Positions 1 through 9,601 of a stretch of DNA of 64,000 nucleotides are shown piece by piece; position 1 is the stretch's first letter, and each line of letters starts with the position of its first letter. Position numbers and translations under genes: made by a program. This DNA is from Squalus acanthias (taxonomy: Eukaryota): the NCBI GenBank assembly GCA_030390025.1, contig CM059431.1, forward strand, positions 133,798,001 through 133,862,000, read 5' to 3'. The notes below the pieces were generated by a model. The model was not told the origin of the DNA. It was given only the letters and a program-made list of their open reading frames with translations, and searched no databases.

Positions 1-593
1 CGCGCTACAGGCTGCGCGCACGCAGTGCACTTAGTGCTTTGAACGCGCAGGTAAGCATGGAAGATTTTGCACATAAAGAAAGGAGGCGTAAGACCCTCTT
101 TTAACAAGGTAAGTAGTTAATTAAGTATTATTTTAATTTTTTTTCAACAGGTTTATCTTTTTTAGAGACTTTAAAGAAAGGTAAGTTTATTTTTATAACT
201 TTTAAAAAGATTTTAAATTTTTTCAAAAATTTAATTTTTTGTTTAAAGTGGTTAATTTATTTAACTATACTTATTTTATTAATGTGATGGTTTTGTAAAA
301 AAATTTAATTGAGGTTTAGCTGTTCTTTTGGGGGGGGTATAGATTCATAGCTTTGACAGCCCTTGCTGTCAAAACTATGAATGAAAGATGGTGTGCTGCC
401 ATTGGCTCTAACTGAATCACGTGATCCCAGAGCTCGCACGAATTAACTGTGTCTGTGGGATACGCACACACTGCGCGGTTGCAACCTTGAAACTAAAGTT
501 CGTGTGAGCTCGGAAGGAAAAGGCAGGCGCGCAGTGAGATATCGTGGGGAAGCCTTACCCCCGCAGGAACGCTCCGTCTTTAATTTCTGGGCC
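1..593. mobile_element. Right part of a probable non-autonomous Harbinger-type DNA element
   Basis: GC-rich subterminal segment ends in AATTTCTGGGCC (582-593), resembling the GG(G)nnGAAATT TIRs of the Harbinger copies later in the window. AT-rich interior, no ORF; the left end lies outside the window. Confidence 0.4.
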
Positions 594-840
594 ATTGTCT
601 ATCTTGGGCAAATCGTAGGCAGCATTGCCTTTAAACTTACACTGCGTATATGCCTTTCAGGTGCAAAAGGCCGATGCCTCTCGCACCACCTGTATATGCA
701 TGTTTTATTACAAAAGGAAAAATAATTAAACCAAACTATTTTGAAAATACAAAAGTTCCAAACTTAGTCACAAATACTCATAACTAACAACAATTACAAA
801 AATACACACGGTAAAAATGGAGGGGCGTCATCCTGGCCGT

Positions 841-3192
841 TTACGTGACACTTTCCTCGTTCACGCGAATGTAACGTTCTCTCCACTCACCTGTGTTCTC
901 CTGCCTCGTGAGGCGTTTGCCTCTTTTGCAGTGCACGAACAGCAGGTACACTACAATTACAACTTGACACACTACCAAAATGTGGGAGGCTATCCTGATC
1001 CATGACGGGACTTCGATATTAGTGAACAGATCCCACCACGGTGGGGTTACTATGTCCAATATCTTTGCCCCTATCTCTACAGTTTTCTGTTTCAGGGTGT
1101 AAAAATGATTCTGTGATACCATGACGGCTTTTAAAATCTTGGTGAGGTGTTCAGGGAGAGGGGGAATGATGTATCCGAAATGCGCGATGAATCGCTGCAA
1201 GTCTGTGAAATTCTCTTTTACAGTGAGGTGAACAGTGGATGGTTCAGGGATCGGGTCAATTCGCTGCTGTGCCACTTGAACTTCAGCCCTGGGTTTAAAA
1301 CAGAAACTGCTGTCACTCACCGGACACCGGCTGTGCTGTCCATGCTGGTAGTGTTGCGCTGCAGTGGTAACGCAATACGTTCCACCCCCTATGTATGCCA
1401 CCTGTGGGGGCACATGATCTTGTGTCATTGCTTCCATGGTGCAATTCATGGGCTTCGCGCCAGCCGTTCTGAACCCGCATTGTGGTGTTAAAAAGGCATT
1501 CAAGTGCTGGGGACACAGTATGATGTGTGCTCCCCGGCCACGACAACCCGAGAGGTCGGTACCTGTCATCGTTTGCTCCCAGCGGATGACGTAAGGTGGG
1601 ACCGCTGCGTAGCGAATGTGGGCTCCCCCTTGAATGACACCAATGTTCTCCACCCGGTACACCGGGGCGGGCTTTGCTGTGTCGCCCAACACCGGCATCC
1701 GTACTACTATCCCCATGATAGTGTGATTTGACTGTCCGCAGTCCACTGGGACTGGGTATGCCTCTGAGGCTAGCCTGAGCTGGCACGGGCTTAATGCGTT
1801 CTGAAAAGGGTGGAGCGCCTGCAGGTGTTTGTTGCTTATCCAGGACGGGACCAAACCTTGTTTTAAATCCTCCAAATTACTGCGGCCTTCGCCCAGTAAC
1901 CACGCCCCGTATAGTACGCACACCTCGTTCTGCGCAGCTTGATCGGATGCATTACGATCTTCCCTGATCAGGGCATTTACCGTTCTCGCATGCTTCTCCA
2001 GCTCTGCTATAATCTCTTTTAAGTGTAGTGTCATGGCCTGGTCCTCATGTAACTCAGACCCTACTACCTTGTTCTCGTTTGTGAGGATGCTTTTTAACTG
2101 TGTTTTTAAACCGTTGATCTGGGTCTGCAGCTCCACATTGTCTAGAGCGTTGACCACAGATGTTCCCGTATTAAAAGCAGTGAACACATCGTTCACAACA
2201 CCCCTTCTTTGTCTCCCCACCTGACCCAAAACTTCGTGTGGTGTGGTGTATAAGCTTGTTTTGTCAACCTCTGCAAAATCAAACTCATAAAATTGCCTGA
2301 ACATGTTTGTTAACAGGACCTGGTACAATTGTTCCGTTTCTTTGGGGCACCACTCTGGTAAATGCACCTCGGTGAGATTTAGAATCACCGAGGCCACCGC
2401 GTAATGTACCCCTTGATATAGTATCTGATCCGTTGGCACCAGTACCAGACCATTCCCGGGCCCCTTAGTGGTTTTAGGGCACCCTTCCTCCTGAGCCAAA
2501 GCCACCGGAATCGTGGGCGGAGACTTGCGTGGGCACGTGATGAGTTCAGTGGCATTTACCGGGATCGGGGAGAATGGAGCTCCACACCCCCTGGTGCTGA
2601 CGTCCCACCTCATCCCTTTCCCGGCATCCTGCCACTGTTGCAGGAAAAATATGGATATACCCTTGGGGCAAACGTACTTCGATCCCCACATACAAACATA
2701 TATTCCCTCATCCGGTTCCCACCATTTGTCCCAACAGACTTTCAATTGTCCGTTAGTCCCTGTAATTGTCCGATGGGTATTGTTACCCAATCGCTCCCAC
2801 TCGACCGAGGAATTTCTCATAGTCTTGCTTAACTTCCGTAACCACCACCATCGGCTCAATGGGACCTTCCCATTGCACGTCAAACAAATCCTTTTGCCGA
2901 CGGTGACGCTGATTCTGGGTGCAACGATCCTCACCCTGGGACACAGTAAAGAAGTCTCTTTGTACGCAAACCCGGATGCGCTGGAGTATTCCGTCGAATT
3001 CGTTCCCAGCCATCCCGGCCACCTTCCCTTGTGGAAATAAGTGGCGGTTTCCTCAGCCTCTCGCTCCCCGGTCCCATCCGTCGCGATGGGGGCCGTGTCC
3101 CCGGAGCAATCGAACACAACGACATCCTTGGTGAGGCCACAATAGGCCAATCCATATCCGATCGTTGCGAGCACTATCAGAATCCTTTCCAT
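841..3192 (-). CDS. env: Envelope glycoprotein, class I fusion protein (Mononegavirales F-like) with N-terminal Ig-like domain, 783 aa from ATG 3192
   Basis: Signal peptide MERILIVLATIGYGLAYCG; N-glycosylation sequons; furin site RQRR (2203-2214) followed by a fusion peptide and heptad repeat; Cys-rich ~450-aa F1-like subunit; C-terminal TM helix (ILVVCQVVIVVYLLFV) and short basic tail. A splice acceptor (..TTTTATCTGAATCACAG, AG at 3206-3205) lies just upstream of the ATG. Confidence 0.88.
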   Translation of the reverse strand: MERILIVLATIGYGLAYCGLTKDVVVFDCSGDTAPIATDGTGEREAEETATYFHKGRWPGWLGTNSTEYSSASGFAYKETSLLCPRVRIVAPRISVTVGKRICLTCNGKVPLSRWWWLRKLSKTMRNSSVEWERLGNNTHRTITGTNGQLKVCWDKWWEPDEGIYVCMWGSKYVCPKGISIFFLQQWQDAGKGMRWDVSTRGCGAPFSPIPVNATELITCPRKSPPTIPVALAQEEGCPKTTKGPGNGLVLVPTDQILYQGVHYAVASVILNLTEVHLPEWCPKETEQLYQVLLTNMFRQFYEFDFAEVDKTSLYTTPHEVLGQVGRQRRGVVNDVFTAFNTGTSVVNALDNVELQTQINGLKTQLKSILTNENKVVGSELHEDQAMTLHLKEIIAELEKHARTVNALIREDRNASDQAAQNEVCVLYGAWLLGEGRSNLEDLKQGLVPSWISNKHLQALHPFQNALSPCQLRLASEAYPVPVDCGQSNHTIMGIVVRMPVLGDTAKPAPVYRVENIGVIQGGAHIRYAAVPPYVIRWEQTMTGTDLSGCRGRGAHIILCPQHLNAFLTPQCGFRTAGAKPMNCTMEAMTQDHVPPQVAYIGGGTYCVTTAAQHYQHGQHSRCPVSDSSFCFKPRAEVQVAQQRIDPIPEPSTVHLTVKENFTDLQRFIAHFGYIIPPLPEHLTKILKAVMVSQNHFYTLKQKTVEIGAKILDIVTPPWWDLFTNIEVPSWIRIASHILVVCQVVIVVYLLFVHCKRGKRLTRQENTGEWRERYIRVNEESVT

Positions 3193-3466
3193 ATCTCCTG
3201 GTTCCTGTGATTCAGATAAAATGATGTAGCCAGCCTCCCAAGAGTCTCTGGCTTTTGTGAAGGGTGAGCGGGTCCCTTGACTTCGTCTCACGTACAAAGA
3301 CATGTATACTGGATAGACCTTAACTATTCCTATCACTAACTCCCATCATTTTACCATTTACTTATAAAATTAAACTACAATCTTAACCGGATATTAAAAC
3401 ACTATAAACTTAAACTTATCCTCCTAAAATAACTGTACAGCGCCGCCCGTTCCCAGGGCAGCCTAC

Positions 3467-6400
3467 CTAAAGTCTGGACAAGCTGCCACGAGCTTTTCCC
3501 CGTTGCGGGGGGGCACTGACCCCTGTCTTTGATCCGCCGCAGCCTGTCGCTGCTGAGCTGGGACTGGTATCTCCCTGGGCTGCCTTCAACTTACGCCTGG
3601 GGGTGTACGAGGGATTTGACCACAACTTCCTGGGCTGGGGTGTCCGACTCGACCTGCAGAGGGCCACCTTGGGCAAGATCTCCAGGACCGACGGACTGGG
3701 GACCGGGACTTCCGCCGCCACGGCCTGTGGTCCCACCACAGCCGCCGGCTCTGTCTCCCCTGGCTCCGCCCCCCTGGGCTCGGGATCTGCGGTTTCCGAC
3801 TCCACCTTACTTGTTTCTCCTGTAAGTGGAACTCCACTCGCAATCCCTACCTCCCCTATGCTTGGGTCAAGGGCGGAACCTCCGTCCTCCGACCCCACCA
3901 CCTCTCCGACTGGGTCACTACCTTGGTTGAGCTCTCCGAGCTCTTCCTCATCTGAATCCCACGAAAAAGAAAAGATCCTACACTTTTCCAGAATGTCCTC
4001 TCCCCTCACGCAGGCTGCTTTACCGGCCTGTGTGCCCTGCGGTTCTACCCAGGGCTGAGAGTCCCCACTCGCAGGTTTGGCCCCTGTGATTGGCCCCTGT
4101 GCACCCGGTTTATACAGCTTGCACTGGTTAATGTGGAACCATTTTGTGCGCCGGGGTACCTTTATGGCATACACCATGGGACTCGCCTTATCTACAATAC
4201 TGTAGGGTCCCATGTATAGCGGCTCCAAACTCCCTACTCTGGCATAGTTCCTAACCATGACCTGATCTCCGACTCCCCACTCCTGCTTCTTGCGGGGTTC
4301 CAGCAACAGGCGATTGCCCTGGTGCTGTCTTCCCATGTTCCCAGCCGCCTGCTCGTAAACCTGCTTCAGGCGTTCCAAGAGGGTCTGGACAAACTTGTCC
4401 CGTTTCACCTCTTGGAGCTGACCCTCAGTGAGCACCGGGGCTAGTACATGGGTGGGGGTTCACATGATCCTCCCAGTCATCACCTCGTACGGGGAATACC
4501 CCGTACTCTTCGACTGGCTGGCCCGGATTCCCATGAGGACTAGAGGCAGAACCTCCGCCCATTTTTGGGGCGAGTTCATAGTCTCTTTCCTCAGTTTTTC
4601 CTTGAGGGTCCGGTTCATGCGTTCAACAATCCCGGATGACTGGGGATTGTGCGCTATGTGCCACTTCCCTTCAATGCCCAAAAGCATGAGGGTGTTCTGC
4701 ATCACCTGGCCGGTGAAATGACTCCCTTGGTCTGACTCCACCAAACGGGGGAGTCCCCACCGCGAGAACACTTCCCGGACCAAGATCTTGGCAGTACCCA
4801 GCGCCGTAGCTGTTCTACAGGGAAAGGCTTCTACCCACTTGGAAAACACATCCACCAGGACGAGGCAGTATTTGTAGCCTCCCTGGGTGGTGGGCAGGGG
4901 CCCTATGTAATCGATTTGTATTGACTGCCATGGTCCCTCCACCCTCCTGATGTGCCCCATGTGCACTTTCCTTTTCTGGGGGTCTGGGTTGTTTGCAGCG
5001 CACACAAGACAGCTTGCACAGAACTCGCGGACCTGATCCCTGAGTCCCGGCCACCATCCCGCCTGCTCTACCCGTTGCCAGGTAACCTCGGGCCCGGGGT
5101 GTCCTGCCCCCGGCCCCTCATGAGCCAGCTGGAGGAATTCCCTCCTGTGCTGCTGCGGCACAACCCACTGTTGCTCGCGGAACAGCATGCCTTCTTTAAC
5201 GGAGAGGGTTGCCGTACTGTACGGGCCCTCTACCTGCTTGCCCTCAGTAATCGTTCTGAGAACTGCCTTTAGGGCGGGATCCTGGCTCTGGACGGTCTTA
5301 AGGTCTAGGGGCAGTGCTACCCTGGTGTTCCCGGGATTCCCTTCCCTGCCTTGGATCGCTGCCATGGGTCCGGGTCCATAGGGGTCCCAGAAAATGCCGT
5401 TACGGGCACCCTCTCTGGCTAGCGCATCCGCCTGCTGGTTGCCTTCCCCGCGGGGTTCTGTGGAGGAGTGAGCCTTCACCTTGTGGATGAAAATCTCCCC
5501 TTCCTCCCCCACTGCCGCTAGGATCTTTTCCAGCAAGGGCTTCACCGTTAAAGGTCGCCCGTCCGCGGAGGTGTATCCACGGCGGGACCAAATGGCCAGG
5601 TATTCCGTACACGAATTGCACGTAAACATACTGTCCGAACAAATCGTGTATGGGGTTGGGAAGATCTCTGGGTGGGTCACTACGTACGCCACCGCAGACA
5701 GCTCAGCCTGCTGCGCGCTCATCGTGCTGGGGAGTTTAATTGCCAAGGCAAGGTTTGCCGCAGGGTCATAAACTCCACACCCTGTGAGTCGTTCGCCAGC
5801 AGACACTGTGCTGGAACCATCAACATAAATCTCGCGACCTGTGGGATGTATCCCGGCCCGCAAACCTATGTTGACCTCCCACACCCCTTCCACCGAACAC
5901 TGGTGGGCTGTTCCGGGGTATACCAGGTTGGCCGCGAGCTTGGGCTCGCAAAGACCTTTAACTCTAAGATCCATCTGGGAAAGGAGAAGGGTCCAGCGCG
6001 CAATGCGAGCGCTGCTTACGGTCCCATCCTTAATCCTCCCATCCAGAAGCATCTTGGTTGGCGTGTGATGGGTGAGGAGAGTGATGGGAGAGAGCCCTGT
6101 GAAGATCGCTGATCTTTTCACAGCCCAATGCGTGGCTAAAAGATGCCTTTCGCAGTTGGAAAAACTCCTTTCCACATCCGTTAACACCCTGGATGAACAA
6201 ACAACCGGCCTCAGCCTGCCGTGACGCTCTTGGAACAGCACGGCGCTCAAGCTGTCTCCGATGGCAGCTACCTCCAGGAAAAACTCCTCCCCCCCATCTA
6301 TGGCCCCTAAAGCTGGCGCGGTCTGCAGATCCTTTTTTAACTTCTCGAATGCTGCCTGACAACCCTCGTCCCAAGACCACTCCACTCCCTTATGGAGGAG

Positions 6401-7773
6401 TCAGAGCAGCGGAGCTGCTGTGGCCGCATAGTCCTCGATGAAGTCTCTGCAGTAACCGGTCAGTCCCAGAAAGGACCTCACACCCGTTATGGTGTTGGGA
6501 ATCGGTAACTCCTGCACCGACTCCCTCCTAGCCTTATCTATGGTTCTTTCCCCAGCGCGAATGGTCAGACCCAGGAATTTTACTTCCAGCTGACCGATAC
6601 GTGCTTTCTTAGGGTTAACTTTAAAACCCTTTCTCGCTAGCAGCTCCAATAACTCGGCTAACAGTGGTCCATGCTCCTCCCTTGAGTCTGTGAACAGGAG
6701 CAAATCATCCACGTACTGCACTATCTGATTGGGCTGACTAAACTCCTTTAAACTTCCTGCCATACACTGATGGAAAATACTGGGGCTGTTGTGGAAACCC
6801 TGTGGCAAACAGTTCCATGTGTACTGTTGTCCTTTGAAAGTAAAGGCAAACTTGTACTGGTCCTCTCGCCGCAGCGGGATGGACCAAAAACCGTTCGAGA
6901 TATCCAGCACCGTGAACGTGGTCGCGGACGCTGGGATACTCCCTATTAGGTCAGCAACTGCTGCTACTGTGGGCGCGCAGGCGAGGATGTTACTGTTAAG
7001 GACTCTGTAGTCCACCGTGGCCCTCCACGAATTATCCGGCTTCCTTACCGGCCATAATGGGGAGTTCACGTGTGTGGCTATCGGTCTCAACACGCCCTGC
7101 TGCACCAATGAGGACATTGCTGTCTCCATGTCGGGTTCTGCTTCTTTGGGGAAGTTATACTGCTTTTGGAGCCGGGTCATGGGGTCCCCGTCTACTCAAA
7201 CCCGGTAACCCTTCCACAATCGTGCTTGTGGGTTGCAAACGCGTGCATATTATCTGACACGTACGTTTGCATGTCCGTTGGGACATCCGCGACCATAAGC
7301 CCGAGGTCGTAACCTCCGGATGGCTTCATGGTACACAGGGCCCCTTTTCCCTCCTTCCCTGGGATTACAACTACCTTGCCTTTTCCACCCCTGGCTCCCC
7401 AGAGACAGTGATTCCTGAGGTCCACGAGGATCCCGTGTTCCGCTAGGAGATCCGATCCGAGGATACCTTTGCCACCCCCCTCTTGCCATTTCATCAGGAT
7501 ACACTTCCATGTGGTGTGGAGTGCTCCTAAATGAATGGAGAGCGGAATGGAGAATGCGCCAGCCTGCTCTTTTCCTGTGAACCCCGCTAATGTGAATGGG
7601 ACCTTGGTAGACAGTGGTGAGTCAAAGGGGCTATCTGTATGAATCACGGTGCATGAAGCTCCCGTGTCCAACAAGTAACTACCCTTCTGCTTCTCTACCT
7701 CCATCTCTACCAGGGGTCTTTTCCACGCATCATAGCTGAGCGGACACAGGTAGACGGGCTGCGCGGGCTTTAG
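3467..7773 (-). pseudogene. pol: pol polyprotein (protease, RT, RNase H-derived tether, RNase H, integrase with GPY/F motif and low-complexity tail), 3 lesions
   Basis: PR LLDTGAS...ILGSD; RT LDISNGFW, LPQG, YVDD (6704-6715); RH IYVDGSS/QQAEL/CSDS/GNQQAD; IN HHCC, QIDYIG, ESDQG, GIVERMN, GPY. One frameshift near 7195 and two in-frame TGA stops (6401-6403, 4460-4462); the downstream ORFs stay in frame across both stops. Confidence 0.92.
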
Positions 7774-9525
7774 TCATTGGGTACCGGTGGACGGGGTTGT
7801 GGCATCTGTGGGGCCGGTAACGACTGCCACTCTCCCGTGCGAAATCATAAGAGACCGCATGGCTCCTAACATTGATTCTATCGCATTGGGATGGATAGGC
7901 ACACCAGCTCCTTTCTCAGAGACAGGCGCTTGGGTTCGGACTGCGGGAGCTTTTTCCCTGGAGTCCTTCCAGGGATTCCTACAGTTTTTACGCCAGTGAC
8001 CTGTCTTCCCGCACCCGTAACAAACACTACTGGTTTGTGGGGCGCGATTTCCCTCCTGATGCCACTCTTTCTGAGCCGGAGCTGCGGGCTTTGCTTCATG
8101 CACCTTTCCCTTAAGGGGACGCGCTCCCGTGCTCCTAGTGTTCCGATACCCTATGGTGAGGTGACTCAGGACAGATTCCTCCGTTGTCTCGGGGTTAGTG
8201 GGATCAAACCACGCTCTGGCCTGCTCCCTGACGGCTGGCAAGCTGTTGGCTACTATGCACCTGAGCCAATGAGCTTTCCCGGCACCGTCCAGATAGATAC
8301 GCTGTGGCGCACCTGGGCAGCTACGCTGGTATACTGGCCACAGTCTGTCGGCGAAAACCCGCGGGGGTTCTCCCTCCATCTGTACGGTCTGACCCAATCT
8401 GACGAACGGACCTTCGTCATCCACCCCTAACACTTCTAGGACCTCGTCCCGTAAATCCCCATACCTTTTAGCTCCCTTCTTGCTCTCGTCGGAGAGACAC
8501 TGAAGGATCGAGCTATCTAAAGAGAACAGCAACATTTTGGTCTTTTCCTCGTCGTCGCAGCCATTAATCGCTGCGGTCTGTTCTATCTCTCTAAAATGTA
8601 CGGAAGGGTCTTCTGACTCGGACAGCTTCCGGACATGGCTGATCATTGCCCTCAGCTGGTGTGAGCTGTGGGGCACTACAAGTAGGTTCAGGATATCCCC
8701 GTCTGCCCCATTTGCCCCATTCGGGCCTCTCTTCTGCCCTCGGAGCGGACACATCGGTCCCGGTCTCGACACTACCTCCGGGGATTGTCCTACCTCGGGA
8801 ACCTTCTTCTCTATTTCCACCACTTCCTCCCTTACCCAGGTTGCCGAATAGCTGGGTGGCGCGGAGGGCGTAGTGGTTGATACCACATCTGCTTTTTCTG
8901 GTAGGGATTTTGGGAATTCCCTACCCACCTGTGGCTGGCTCGCTGACGGGCTGATGAGACACACCAAGCCGTTTGCCTTATTCAGGGCCTCTCTTAGGTT
9001 CTCTATCTCCCTCTGACAAACACTGTGGTCGGCTCCCTCATGCCTATCCTCAAGGGCCATCTTGTATGCCGCCCTAACTCCCCTCAAGCTTTCTTCCTGG
9101 GCTTTTATCTGGTTAGCTAGGCGGATACACCGTTCTCTAATCCTTCCCTCACTTAATTTTGCTTCCGTGACCTGACATTCTAGGTAATCAATCCTAGCCT
9201 CGTGGTGGTTGGCTACTACTTGGCGGTCCTGTTGCAACGCATTCAATGATGCAATCAGTCTCTGTCCTCCCGTAACCTTTTCCTCCATCTCAGTTTCCAA
9301 TTCCCTGATCTGAGCTGCCTGTGCTGCAATGACCTGGTCCGAAAGTTGGACTTGCTTCTTGTAGCACATCAGCCAGACCGCTTTCTCTACCGACTTCTTA
9401 TGATCTTTGCTACCTGTCCATTTGATGGCGGCGTCTAGCGGACGCCTATCCATCAGTAGGTCACATATCCACTGTTTGGTTAAGTTAACTTTCCCAAACA
9501 CATAGTCGGCTACCTTCTCATCCAT
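7774..9525 (-). CDS. gag: Gag: N-terminal coiled coil, late domain, capsid-like region, single CCHC zinc knuckle
   Basis: Open frame with CYGCGKTGHWRKNC (7981-8022), PSAPPSY (8848-8868) and a heptad-rich N-terminal third. The start is most likely ATG 9525; an alternative ATG at 9597 overlaps the PBS. Confidence 0.85.
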   Translation of the reverse strand: MDEKVADYVFGKVNLTKQWICDLLMDRRPLDAAIKWTGSKDHKKSVEKAVWLMCYKKQVQLSDQVIAAQAAQIRELETEMEEKVTGGQRLIASLNALQQDRQVVANHHEARIDYLECQVTEAKLSEGRIRERCIRLANQIKAQEESLRGVRAAYKMALEDRHEGADHSVCQREIENLREALNKANGLVCLISPSASQPQVGREFPKSLPEKADVVSTTTPSAPPSYSATWVREEVVEIEKKVPEVGQSPEVVSRPGPMCPLRGQKRGPNGANGADGDILNLLVVPHSSHQLRAMISHVRKLSESEDPSVHFREIEQTAAINGCDDEEKTKMLLFSLDSSILQCLSDESKKGAKRYGDLRDEVLEVLGVDDEGPFVRLGQTVQMEGEPPRVFADRLWPVYQRSCPGAPQRIYLDGAGKAHWLRCIVANSLPAVREQARAWFDPTNPETTEESVLSHLTIGYRNTRSTGARPLKGKVHEAKPAAPAQKEWHQEGNRAPQTSSVCYGCGKTGHWRKNCRNPWKDSREKAPAVRTQAPVSEKGAGVPIHPNAIESMLGAMRSLMISHGRVAVVTGPTDATTPSTGTQ

Positions 9526-9578
9526 CACATTTCGCCTATTCAAACCTGGGTCTAAGACATTACTCTCTTGCTGCCAGG

Positions 9579-9596
9579 GTCCAGCCGCGGTCGCCA
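9579..9596 (-). promoter_or_regulatory. Primer-binding site, tRNA-Arg(TCG)-type
   Basis: Minus strand reads TGGCGACCGCGGCTGGAC, 5 nt after the LTR end. It is complementary to the vertebrate tRNA-Arg-TCG 3' end as I recall it (GTCCTGCCGCGGTCGCCA), with one mismatch. Confidence 0.8.
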
Positions 9597-9601
9597 TTTT
9601 C

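Noticed and set aside
3193..3336. N-terminal 48 codons of the 831-aa env ORF
   Set aside because: Non-ATG start in the ORF track. The signal peptide and splice acceptor point to ATG 3192.
3467..4435. Separate accessory gene between pol and env
   Set aside because: It is in frame with integrase across a single TGA (probable CGA>TGA) and contains the GPY/F motif, so it is the Pol C-terminus.
6401..7200. Programmed recoding at the PR/RT frameshift (~7195) and at TGA 6401-6403
   Set aside because: No canonical slippery heptamer, and the stop falls inside the RT thumb region. More simply explained as inactivating mutations.
7787..8873. Antisense ORFs over gag/pol (e.g. 7891-8430, 3603-4058)
   Set aside because: Short shadow ORFs typical of GC-rich coding sequence, with no motifs.
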